From NCBI GenBank assembly GCA_963734545.1, contig CAVTHO010000007.1, positions 193,236-257,235 of the forward strand: a stretch of DNA of 64,000 nt, written 5' to 3'. The notes under the pieces are model-generated. The model was not told the origin of the DNA, made no database searches, and saw nothing but the letters and a program-made list of their open reading frames with translations. Every line of letters begins with the position of its first letter. Position 1 is the stretch's first letter. This document shows positions 10,102 to 19,264 of this stretch, piece by piece. Position numbers and translations under genes: made by a program. The DNA comes from an uncultured Spirochaetota bacterium (GTDB lineage Bacteria; Spirochaetota; Spirochaetia; SZUA-6; Fen-1364).

Positions 10102-11046
10102 ATGGCAGACCAGGCGGAGAAGCTGCGGGAATTGGTGGGCGGGAGCGCCGCGCGGAGCGCGAAAGAGTCCGGCGCGGCCGGGACCTCGGATGCCGCTCGG
10201 AAAGCGGAGCGCCCTGCGAAGGCGCCGGAGACCTCGGAAGGCCGCAAGGCCACGCGCATCATCGCCGTTTCCAGCGGCAAGGGCGGGGTGGGCAAGACCA
10301 ATATCGCCATCAACCTCGCCCTGGCGTATGCCCAGGCGGGCAAGAAAGTCATCGTGATGGATGCGGACCTCGGCCTGGCGAATGTCAATGTTGTGCTGGG
10401 CGTCATTCCCCGGTACAATCTCTACCACCTCATCCGCAAGCAGAAATCCCTGTCGGAAATCCTCGTCGACACGAGCTACGGGATCAAGATAATCGCCGGC
10501 GCCTCGGGGTTCTCCAAGATCGCCAACCTCACCGAGGACGAAAGGCGGGACTTCATATCGGAGTTGGCCGCGCTCTCGAACGCCGACGTCCTCATCATCG
10601 ACTGTGCCGCGGGTGTGAGCAACAATGTCATTTCATTCATCGCGGCCGCGGACGACGCCCTGATCGTCACTACTCCCGAGCCCACGGCCATTACGGATGC
10701 CTATGGGATCATCAAGATCATCGCCACCGAGATCGAGAATCTCGACCTCGGGCTGAAATTGATCGTGAACCGCGTGAAATCGGTCGTCGAAGGAAAGAGG
10801 GTCGCGGAAAGGGTCATCAATATCGCCGGCCAGTTCCTGAACCTCAAGGTTGATTACCTGGGATTCGTTTTCGATGACCCCGTGGTGCATGCGGCCGTGG
10901 TCCGGCAGAAGCCTTTTCTCATTCTCGAGCCGAAATCCAGGGCGTCCCTGTGCATCCGCCATCTCCTGGGCCGGCTGGAAGACTACGATTACCGGGACGG
11001 AAAGGGCATCCCCACGTTTCTCAAGAAGCTCTTTGGAGGCAAGTAG
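10102..11046 (+). CDS. flhG: MinD/ParA-type ATPase FlhG (YlxH/FleN)
   Basis: N-terminal DQAEKLR activator motif and deviant Walker [11 protein letters not shown]. Follows flhF. Confidence 0.9.
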   Translation: MADQAEKLRELVGGSAARSAKESGAAGTSDAARKAERPAKAPETSEGRKATRIIAVSSGKGGVGKTNIAINLALAYAQAGKKVIVMDADLGLANVNVVLGVIPRYNLYHLIRKQKSLSEILVDTSYGIKIIAGASGFSKIANLTEDERRDFISELAALSNADVLIIDCAAGVSNNVISFIAAADDALIVTTPEPTAITDAYGIIKIIATEIENLDLGLKLIVNRVKSVVEGKRVAERVINIAGQFLNLKVDYLGFVFDDPVVHAAVVRQKPFLILEPKSRASLCIRHLLGRLEDYDYRDGKGIPTFLKKLFGGK

Positions 11047-11265
11047 GCACATGCAGGCGCCAGAAGGACGTTCGAGGGGGCAGCGATTCTCATTTTGCAC
11101 CTTCAGGCGCCCAGGTCGGCAGTTCTCCACGCACTCTGTGCCTTTTCGATGGGGCAAAATGAGAAGCGCTCATTCGGTAACGCAAACAGAGAATTGGCGG
11201 TCGAAGGGGGGCATTGTTGACTCTGCGCCTGCTTTCCCCTACTGTTACCTCGGGGGGTCGGTCCG

Positions 11266-12093
11266 GTGAAGGACTTTGTCAGGGAATACTGGAAATCCGC
11301 GGCCGCGGGCGCGGCCGGGTCATTTCTCCTGTCCTTGCTGGTCGGCCTCGTCACCCGCAATCCCTTTGGAGTGGTGTTGCTGCGCGCTTTGCTGCTCGCC
11401 GTGCTCTTCGCCGGCCTGGCGGCGGCGTTGAGGTACCTGATCCGGACGCATCTGCTCGAGACTGCCAGGGAGGGGGCCTCTGCACAAGCGGGCGGTGGTG
11501 ACACGCGTAGTGATCGCCGGGGGGAGCGGATCGACATCGTTCTGCCGGAAGAAAGCCCGATCGGGAGCGAAAGCTACGGCACAGGCGGCCGGGGATCACG
11601 CTCGCCAGGCCTTGAAGATGAGAATCCTTCTCCTCTCGGTGCTGGCCTGGGTCAGGAAGAAGGCGCCGTACCCGGCGGATTTGCCAGCGAGCAGGCTGAT
11701 TCGGAAGGACTGGCGGAGCTCGCGGAGGAGCTGGCCGAGGAGGTGCCCCAATCCGCCGCGTACGGGAGTACCTCGCACGCCGGCGCGCAGGCCGGTGAGA
11801 CCGAGGAGATCCCGGAAGACACGGTTGAAGCGGAGGAATCGGACGAAATGCGGGACAACGCCGACGCCCGGGGTCCCGGCAAGCGAATATCGGATGAACG
11901 GGACGGTCTGCCGGACATTTCCAACCTGGAAATAGCCACGGAGACGAATGGCGATGAGCCGGAAGCGCTCCCGGGCAACCGGCCCGGCAGTGCGCGTCCC
12001 GAGGACGCGCTGCGCGGCGCCGTGAGCGGGCAGGACCCTGCCACCATTGCGCGGGCAATTCGGACGGTCTTGAAGCGTGATGATAAAGGATAG
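11266..12093 (+). CDS. hypothetical membrane protein with acidic low-complexity tail
   Basis: 275-aa ORF with a GTG start. N-terminal hydrophobic helices followed by an E/D/G/A-rich region. Lies between flhG and fliA. Confidence 0.55.
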   Translation: MKDFVREYWKSAAAGAAGSFLLSLLVGLVTRNPFGVVLLRALLLAVLFAGLAAALRYLIRTHLLETAREGASAQAGGGDTRSDRRGERIDIVLPEESPIGSESYGTGGRGSRSPGLEDENPSPLGAGLGQEEGAVPGGFASEQADSEGLAELAEELAEEVPQSAAYGSTSHAGAQAGETEEIPEDTVEAEESDEMRDNADARGPGKRISDERDGLPDISNLEIATETNGDEPEALPGNRPGSARPEDALRGAVSGQDPATIARAIRTVLKRDDKG

Positions 12094-12100
12094 AGCGGAT

Positions 12101-12889
12101 ATGGCCGAAAGCCTTTGGAATGGAAAATCCGAGGAGGAGCTCTGGAAGCTCTATCGTCGCACGAAAGAGCAGAAACTGCGTGACTATTTCGTGAGACAGT
12201 ACGCGCCGCTCGTGAAATACGTCGCGGGCAAGGTCGCGCTCGGCATGCCGCAGAACGTGGAGTTCGATGACCTCGTCGGCTTCGGCGTGTTCGGCCTTTT
12301 TGACGCAATAGACAAGTTCGATCCCGGCAAGAACGTGAAATTCAAGACCTATGCCGTCACGCGCATTCGCGGCGCCATCTTCGACGAGCTGCGCACCATC
12401 GACTGGGTGCCGCGGTCTGTCCGGCAGAAAGCGCGCGAAGTGGAAGAAACGGTGCGCCGCCTGGAGTCTTCGCTCGGCCGGGCCGCCTCGGACGAGGAAA
12501 TCGCCTCCGGCATGGAGATGGAGCTGAAGGAGTTTCAGCAGATGATGCTGAAGATCAGCGGCACCTCGATGCTTTCCCTGCACGACATCTGGTACACGGG
12601 GGAGGACAACGACAAGATCTCCATCGCGGAGAGCATCGAAAGCCCCGGCAGCCTCAACCCTGACACGATCGTGGAAAAGGATGAGATCAAGCGCGTCATC
12701 GTTGATGCGATCAAGGAGCTGCCGGAGAAGGAAAAAAAGGTGCTGGTGCTGTATTATTACGAGGACCTGACCCTGAAGGAAATCGGCGAAGTCCTCGAGG
12801 TCACGGAGAGCCGGGTTTCGCAGCTTCACACCAAGGCGGTCATGCGGCTGCGCGCCAAGCTCACCAGCTTCAAGAGAGGGATCGTGTAG
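12101..12889 (+). CDS. fliA: RNA polymerase sigma-28 factor FliA/WhiG
   Basis: Sigma-70 family regions 2-4 ([55 protein letters not shown]). Alternative in-frame starts at 12077 (GTG) and 12080 (ATG). Confidence 0.9.
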   Translation: MAESLWNGKSEEELWKLYRRTKEQKLRDYFVRQYAPLVKYVAGKVALGMPQNVEFDDLVGFGVFGLFDAIDKFDPGKNVKFKTYAVTRIRGAIFDELRTIDWVPRSVRQKAREVEETVRRLESSLGRAASDEEIASGMEMELKEFQQMMLKISGTSMLSLHDIWYTGEDNDKISIAESIESPGSLNPDTIVEKDEIKRVIVDAIKELPEKEKKVLVLYYYEDLTLKEIGEVLEVTESRVSQLHTKAVMRLRAKLTSFKRGIV

Positions 12890-12901
12890 GGGGCCCGAAA
12901 A

Positions 12902-14885
12902 ATGTCTGCCGCCACCAACCCGCGCAGCACCTCCGTCGTCACCCTGGAAGAGATCCGGGAATACATGCGGCTTCAGTCCGAAGAGGACAAGAAGAACCGC
13001 GCAATCGCGGTGCAGGCGGAAAGCGTGCCGGAAGCTCTTCAAAAAGCCTCCATTGAACTGGGGATACCCGTGCGGGCGCTCGAGTACGAGATACTCGAAA
13101 AAGGCTCCTCCGGCGCGCTCGGCATAGGACGCAGGCTCTGGAAGCTCAACGTCTACGAACGGTCGAAGGAAGTGAAGACCTCCGTCGAGGTCGCGGAGGA
13201 GACCCACGGCGAGGCGCAGCCCGCGGCGCGGCCGGAAGACAAGCCGAAGGACAGGCCGGGAGAGGTATTCGTGCGCATCGCGGGAGGGGCGGCGCTTCTG
13301 CGGGTCACGAAGCCGCAGGGCAGGGGACCTCGCGCCACGGAGATCATGGCGCTGGAGAAGTTGTCCCTGCGGGGGGTCTCCAACTTCGATCCTTCCCTCG
13401 TATCGCGCGTCGTCAAGCACGCGGACGGCGAATACATCCGGGTGGCGGACATCCAGTACATCCCGTCGCATGACGCAACTGCTTCCATTGACATCACCGA
13501 CGGCGAGATGAAGGCCGTCCTCATGATAACCGAGCCGGGTCGAGGCGGCGCGGACATCTCCGCCGATTTTCTGCGCTCGTTCCTCCAGTCCCGCGGCGTC
13601 GTTCACGGCGTGCGGGAGGACGCGCTGGCGGAGATCGAGTCCTCGCCGAGGTATGGGCGGCCCATTGTGGTCGCGGAAGGCACAAAGGCCCATGATGGCG
13701 CGAATGCGCACATCGTCCATAACTTCAGGCTGGAGCGCGACGAGGTCACGCTGAAAGAAAAAGACGGGCGAGTCGATTTCAAGGACATCTCCCAGGTGGA
13801 GAATGTGGTGGCCGGTCAGCTCCTTGCGCGCAAGGTCCCTGCCGAACCCGGCCAGCCGGGACAGACCGTGACCGGGCAGCATGATCCCGGCGGCAAAAGG
13901 GAAGGACTGTGACCTTCTGGTCGGCAAGAACGTCAAGCTCTCGGAAGACGGGTTGTCCGCGCTTGCCGAGATCAACGGCCAGGTTCTCCTTCTGGCCGGG
14001 AAGATCAATGTGGAGCCGATCTACACCATCCCCGGCGACGTGAATCTCCACACCGGCAACATACTCTTTCTGGGCACCGTGATCGTGCGGGGAAACGTGG
14101 AGGACGGCTTCTCCGTCAAGGCGGCGGGGAACATCGAGGTATTCGGCAGCGTGGGGAAATGCCTGATCGACGCGGAGGGTGACATCGTCGTGCACCAGGG
14201 AATCGCGGCGAAGACGGAGGGCAAGATCCGCTGCGGAAAGAGCCTGTACTCCAAGTTCATCGAGCATGCGCACGTGGATGCCGGTGAATACGTCGTCGTG
14301 ACCGACGGCATCGTGCACTCCCACGTGGACGCCAACCGCATGATTCTCTGCCAGGGCAAACGCGCCCAGATCGTGGGAGGGCACCTGCGCGCCTCGGAAG
14401 AAATCAACTCGAAGATTCTCGGATCCGTTGCGGGAACAGAGACTCTCCTGGAGGTGGGCTACGATCCCCGCAGTAAAGAGCGGCTGGTCGGGCTCGAAGA
14501 GGCGAAAAGGCCCGTGGAAAAGATGCTCGAGGAAGTCGAGCTCAACATCAAGACACTGGAAAACCTCCAGAAGGTGCAGAGAAAGCTGCCGCCGGAGAAG
14601 GCGCAATACCTCACCGAGCAGAGTGAAAAGCGTTCCGAGCTGCTCCGCCAGCTCGAAGAGGTCACGCGGGAGATCGGGTCGATCAATGCGCATCTTGCGG
14701 CCTTGAACACGATCGGGAAGATCTCGGCCTCCGAGCGCGTCTACCCGGGCGTCAAGCTGACCATCAAGAACGCCACGCTTCCCGTCCGCATCGAGTTCAA
14801 GTCAGTCACATTCTTCCTTCAGAGCGGTGACGTAAAGGTGACGAAATACGAAGCCTTCGACGAATCTTTGATGAGGAGACGCTGA
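12902..14885 (+). CDS. DUF342/FapA-family protein (one frame break)
   Basis: Two halves of ~335 aa in different frames. The beta-helical repeats (GNILFLGTVIVRGNVEDGFSVKAAGNIEVFG...) and the C-terminal coiled coil are typical of the family. Deleting one G in CCGGGCA at 13872-13878 joins ..GQTVTGSMIPAAKGKD.. Confidence 0.75.
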
Positions 14886-14886
14886 G

Positions 14887-15213
14887 GTGGCCCTGCTGCC
14901 CATCGACCTGCAGACACTCTTCACCCAGGCCAATCAGGTCGGCAAGGAGCAGGCGGTGCAGAAGGAGGCAGCACCTCAGGCCCAGTCCCTGCAGGGCGCG
15001 CAGCTCGTGCAGAAGACCGAGCAGCGCGACAACGACGTGAATGAAACACACGACCAGGAGGAAGGCCCCGAACAGATAAAGGACAAGGCCCGCAGGGGAG
15101 CGGATCGCAAACGGAAGCAGAGCGCGGAAAAACGCAAGCCCGCGGCGCCGCCTTCCGCGAAAGACGTGGTGCGTGACCCCGCGCTCGGCCGGAACGTCGA
15201 CATCACCAGTTGA
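14887..15213 (+). CDS. hypothetical protein (K/E/Q-rich, 108 aa)
   Basis: GTG start behind GAGGAG. Tightly packed between the DUF342 gene and the next ORF. Confidence 0.5.
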   Translation: MALLPIDLQTLFTQANQVGKEQAVQKEAAPQAQSLQGAQLVQKTEQRDNDVNETHDQEEGPEQIKDKARRGADRKRKQSAEKRKPAAPPSAKDVVRDPALGRNVDITS

Positions 15214-15216
15214 GAC

Positions 15217-16008
15217 ATGTGGTACACGGTACTCATCACGCTTATCCTCGATGTCGGCGGGCTCCTGCTGATCTATGTGCTCCTGCGCGACAGGGTCCGC
15301 CGCGCGGCCTCCAGTGACGCTCAGATCGCGGAAATCCGGGACGAAGTGAGCCGCCTGCTCGTGGAGCTCAACCGGACCACGGACAGAAACATCGCCCTGA
15401 TCGAGGACAGGATTGCCAGTCTCAATGAGCTCCTTTCCAGCGCCGATAAGAAGATAGGCCTGCTCCGGCGGGAGACCGAAAAGCACGATGTAGGGACCCA
15501 GATCTACAGCAGGCTGGCAGAGGGCAGGTCACGGGCTGCAGGAGCCCAGGCCGCGGCCGCACCGGGCCGGCAGCCGCGCCAGGAGCGCGAGGAAATGCCT
15601 CAGCCGCAACCGCAGGCGCGCCAGGAGCGCGAAGGAGGGGCCGGAGGCGTGGTGGCAGCGGGAGCAGCCGCGAGGATGACGCCAAGAGTGGCTGCGGGGG
15701 TAGCGGCGGGCAGCGCCCCGCAGCTTTCAGTGGAGCTGTCCGATGGGCCGGAGAGTCGCGTGGAGCGCGGCGGTCTCGAATCGCGCCAGGAGCGCGGCGG
15801 TCTCGAATCGCGCCAGGAGCGCGACCAAACGCCGCATCTGGGCCAGGAGCGCGACGAGGCGGCCGGCAGACCGCCCGATCTCCAGCAGCGCGTCGTGATG
15901 CTTCACAACGCGGGTTTTGCCGCTTCCCTCATCGCAAGCCGAGTCGGTGTTCCACTCGGGGAGGTGGAGTTGATCATTGCATTGCAGGAGAGGAAAGGAC
16001 GAGCGTGA
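15217..16008 (+). CDS. hypothetical membrane-anchored coiled-coil protein with Q/E/R repeats
   Basis: N-terminal TM helix, coiled coil, in-frame repeats, and a C-terminal LHNAGFAASLIASRVGVPLGEVELIIAL segment. From memory this resembles DUF2802 C-termini found next to cheW, but that is unverified. Confidence 0.55.
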   Translation: MWYTVLITLILDVGGLLLIYVLLRDRVRRAASSDAQIAEIRDEVSRLLVELNRTTDRNIALIEDRIASLNELLSSADKKIGLLRRETEKHDVGTQIYSRLAEGRSRAAGAQAAAAPGRQPRQEREEMPQPQPQARQEREGGAGGVVAAGAAARMTPRVAAGVAAGSAPQLSVELSDGPESRVERGGLESRQERGGLESRQERDQTPHLGQERDEAAGRPPDLQQRVVMLHNAGFAASLIASRVGVPLGEVELIIALQERKGRA

Positions 16009-16114
16009 CCTACAAACTGCGACAGGAGCGCAGGGCCGCATGAATGCCATGATCGCGGGGCGCTTTTCGCGGACCGAATGGTCGTGCGATATCAAACGGA
16101 GGACCTAGCCGTCC

Positions 16115-16591
16115 ATGGGAGAGCGCTACGTGTCATTCAGCCTTGCCAACGGCCACTTCTGCGTGCCCGTGAACCAGGTGCTCCAGATCCTGCGTCGCGA
16201 GAATCTCATCGAGATCCCGAAGCCCCCTCCGTATGTGGAGGGCGTCATCAACCTTCGAGGCAACATCATTCCCGTCGTCAATCTCCGCGCGCGTCTGGAG
16301 ATCGCGCATGGTGAGAGAGGGGAGCACCGGGAGCCGGATCCGCGCAAGAGGCGGATCATCATCACCCGGGTGGGAAGCCGCTCCTATGGACTCGACGTCG
16401 ACGAGGTGCGCGAAATCGTGGATATCGAGGAATCCGGCATCAGCCAGGACGCCACCTCGCTGTTCGGCGCACGGGCGGATTTCATCCGCGGAATCGCGCG
16501 CCGCGACGAAAGCCTCTACCTGATGCTCGACCTGCCGCGCGTGTTCGCCGTCGGCAGGGACGTGCCGGGCACGCTTGCGGGGCAATCCTGA
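16115..16591 (+). CDS. cheW: chemotaxis coupling protein CheW
   Basis: 158 aa. CheW-like domain (VNQVLQILRRENLIEIPKPPPYVEGVINLRGNIIPVVNLR). Confidence 0.92.
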   Translation: MGERYVSFSLANGHFCVPVNQVLQILRRENLIEIPKPPPYVEGVINLRGNIIPVVNLRARLEIAHGERGEHREPDPRKRRIIITRVGSRSYGLDVDEVREIVDIEESGISQDATSLFGARADFIRGIARRDESLYLMLDLPRVFAVGRDVPGTLAGQS

Positions 16592-18780
16592 TGGCAGTTG
16601 CCGGAATGCCGCTCGGAGCGGCCGCGGGCATCGACGAGGCGAGGCTCCGCAAGGCATTCCTCGAGGAAGCGGAGGAGCTCAGCCAGAAGCTCGGGAACTC
16701 CCTGCTCGCCCTCGAGACGGACAAGGGCAATACCGAGCTGGTGAACGAGGTCTTTCGCCTCACCCATTCGCTGAAATCCGAGTCAGCCCTGATGGGCTTT
16801 ACGGCACTCTCCGAGCTCGCGCACAGGATGGAAGACGTGCTGGGCACTGCGAGGGAGGGGCGGCTCACGCTCGAAAAGCCCGTCATGGACGGGATTTTTG
16901 CCGGTTCCGACATGATTGCCGAGATGATGGCCGCGATCTCGAAAGGCGGCAGTGACGCTGATTTCGATATTTCAGCGATTCTTCGGGAGCTGTCCCTTGC
17001 GGCCGGTCGAGGCGGGGGAAGCTCTGCGGAAGCCGCCGCTGCGCCCGGTCCAGGGACGGAATCGGCGTCCGAAACCGAGCTGGGCGAGTTTGAAAGGCGT
17101 CAGCTCACCGAAGCGCGTGACCGCGGAGAGACGTTGTACAGGGTCACCATCAGCGTGGACCCGGCGGAGCCGATGAAGTTTCCGCGGGCGTACCTCGTGT
17201 TCTCCAATCTCGAGCTCGTATCCAACGTGGTCAAGGTCGTTCCCCCGATGAAAGGGGAGCCGGCCGCGGACGCCCGTTATGCAACAACGACACTGCTCGT
17301 GACCTCGGCGGGAGGCGATGAAGGACTGCGCGCGGCCGGCGCCGTGGACCAGATCTCGAGCCTGCGCATCGATCGCTGCCGGTACGAGGAGTACCTTGCG
17401 TCGAGCCGCGGCGGATCGGCCGCCGCTTCGGATGGGATTTCGTCCGCGGGGCGGCACACGCGCCCGGACGCCGGTTCGGCGGCGGGAGGAGGCGCGGGAA
17501 TCGCGCATGGGCGCGAGGAAATGGTCCCCGGAGCCGCGTCAGGCGGGCAACCGGGAACTGCCCAACCGCGCCAGGAGCGCGAGGGAATGCTGCAGGCGGC
17601 AGCGGCCGTGGAAAAGACCTCCATCCGCGTGGACACGCGCAAGCTGGACGACCTGTGGAGCCTCATCGCGGAGCTGGTGCTGCACAAGTCGCATATCGCG
17701 CGGCTCTCGGATGACCTGGGGCATGGCGCCGACGTGCATACGGTCCGCGAGGAGCTGGTGGAGTCATTCGATTCCCTGGACAAGATCTCCAGCGGGATGC
17801 AGCAGGTGATGATGGACACGCGCATGATCCCGATCTCGGTCATCTTCAGCAAGTTTCCCCGGCTGGTGCGTGACCTGTCCAGAAAGCTCGGGAAGCCGGT
17901 CGAGCTCGTCCTCTCCGGTGAAGAGACGGAAATCGACAGGAGCATCGTCGAGGCGCTTTCCGATCCGCTCACCCACATTATTCGCAACTCGCTGGACCAT
18001 GGCATCGAGTTTCCCGAGGAGAGAGTGCGGCGGGGCAAGAGCGAGAAGGGGCGCGTGAACGTTTCGGCACGCAGGCAGGGGGGCAACATCGTCATCGAGC
18101 TCGCCGATGACGGTCGGGGAATGGACAGCGAGCAGATCCGCCGGAAGGCCCTCGAGATGGGAATCCCCGGCGCCGCGCACTTCAGCGAGGCTCAGCTCCT
18201 GGAGCTGGTGTTCCTGCCGGGCTTCAGCACCAAGGATGTGGTCACGGATGTCTCGGGGCGCGGCGTCGGCATGGACGTGGTGGCCAACCGCATACGGGGC
18301 GAGCTCAAGGGCGACGTGGTGCTGGGAACGCAGCCGGGCGGGGGCACCCGCGTGACGCTGCTCTTCCCGCTGACGCTCACCATCGTCAATGCGCTGCTCG
18401 TCCGCGGTGACTCGCAGTTGTACGCCATCCCCCTCACCGATGTGGACAGCACCGCCAAGCTTCTTGCCACCGAGATCCGTGGGGAGGAGGGCAAAGAGTA
18501 CTCTTCTTGGATGGACGACGCGATCCCCGTTTTTTCCCTGGGGGCGCTTTTCGGAAAAGGCCGGCACAAGACGGAAGAATACTTCGCCACCGTGCTGCGG
18601 CATGGCGACAGCAAGGCTTTTCTGGTGGTCGATGAGTTGATCGAGGAGCGCGATATCGTCATCAAGCCCGTGGATGACCTTCTCAACACGCAGCGTCTGT
18701 TCTCGGGGGTTTCGGTGCTGGAGGATGGGAGACTCGTATTCATTCTGGACACCTCGTTCATCCGCAGGGAAAGGGTCTGA
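16591..18780 (+). CDS. cheA: chemotaxis histidine kinase CheA
   Basis: HPt domain (FRLTHSLKSESA), HATPase domain (DDGRGMD, GFSTKD, GRGVGMDVV) and a C-terminal CheW-like domain. TGATG overlap with cheW. Confidence 0.95.
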   Translation: MAVAGMPLGAAAGIDEARLRKAFLEEAEELSQKLGNSLLALETDKGNTELVNEVFRLTHSLKSESALMGFTALSELAHRMEDVLGTAREGRLTLEKPVMDGIFAGSDMIAEMMAAISKGGSDADFDISAILRELSLAAGRGGGSSAEAAAAPGPGTESASETELGEFERRQLTEARDRGETLYRVTISVDPAEPMKFPRAYLVFSNLELVSNVVKVVPPMKGEPAADARYATTTLLVTSAGGDEGLRAAGAVDQISSLRIDRCRYEEYLASSRGGSAAASDGISSAGRHTRPDAGSAAGGGAGIAHGREEMVPGAASGGQPGTAQPRQEREGMLQAAAAVEKTSIRVDTRKLDDLWSLIAELVLHKSHIARLSDDLGHGADVHTVREELVESFDSLDKISSGMQQVMMDTRMIPISVIFSKFPRLVRDLSRKLGKPVELVLSGEETEIDRSIVEALSDPLTHIIRNSLDHGIEFPEERVRRGKSEKGRVNVSARRQGGNIVIELADDGRGMDSEQIRRKALEMGIPGAAHFSEAQLLELVFLPGFSTKDVVTDVSGRGVGMDVVANRIRGELKGDVVLGTQPGGGTRVTLLFPLTLTIVNALLVRGDSQLYAIPLTDVDSTAKLLATEIRGEEGKEYSSWMDDAIPVFSLGALFGKGRHKTEEYFATVLRHGDSKAFLVVDELIEERDIVIKPVDDLLNTQRLFSGVSVLEDGRLVFILDTSFIRRERV

Positions 18781-18791
18781 CAGGAGGCTTC

Positions 18792-19159
18792 ATGGGCGCA
18801 ACGATTCTCATTGCGGATGACCTCTCGTTCATGCGCATGATCCAGAAGGAAATACTCACCGAGCGCGGCTACACGATCGTGGGCGAGGCCACGGACGGCC
18901 GCGAAGCCGTGGACAAATTCAAGACCCTCCGCCGGATCTCGTGCTCCTGGACATCACGATGCCCAACATGAACGGTCTCGAGGCCATGCGCAGGATTTTC
19001 GCGCTGGAGCCAAAGGCAAAGGTCATCATGTGCTCGGCCCTCGGCCAGCAGAACCTGATCGTGGAGGCCATCAAGGCCGGCGTCAAGGACTTCATCGTCA
19101 AGCCATTCAAGCCGGAAAGGATTCTCTCCGCCATCGAAAAGGCGCTCAAGGTCACCTGA
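18792..19159 (+). CDS. cheY: chemotaxis response regulator CheY (one frame break)
   Basis: AGGAGG RBS. MGATILIADDLSFMR... continues in another frame as LLDITMPNMNG...KPF. One base is missing at CGCCGGAT (18931-18938); CGCCCGGAT would give KTLRPDLVLLD. Confidence 0.9.
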
Positions 19160-19167
19160 AGCCCGCA

Positions 19168-19207
19168 GAAAAAAAAACGGTATGCCTGGACGTCAATAGC
19201 ATACCGT
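19168..19207 (-). terminator. Rho-independent terminator between convergent cheY and the Maf-like gene
   Basis: 9-bp stem ACGGTATGC/GCATACCGT (19177-19207). On the minus strand it is followed by the T-tract complementary to the plus-strand A-run at about 19168-19177. Confidence 0.7.
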
Positions 19208-19264
19208 GTTATGAAAAGAGGAAATGATCCTCACCAGAGAAGATCGGCGGGCAGCGGAGAACCT

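Noticed and set aside
11047-11265. Sigma-28 (TAAA-N15-GCCGATAA) promoter or small RNA in the 219-bp gap after flhG. Also checked upstream of cheW (16009-16114) and at 25573-25590.
   Set aside because: Only partial -10-like matches were found (GGTCGAA, GCGATAT, TCCGATAA), none with a properly spaced -35 TAAA. There is no convincing structure.
11351-14008. 885-aa ORF antisense to the gene upstream of fliA, fliA itself and the DUF342 gene. Similar long antisense ORFs occur at 33435-35690, 56807-58801, 25063-26664, 40457-41863, 5967-7127, 9172-10428 and 27160-28380.
   Set aside because: These are R/G/P/A-rich, low-complexity translations opposite well-conserved genes. They are the typical stop-codon-poor shadow frames of GC-rich DNA.
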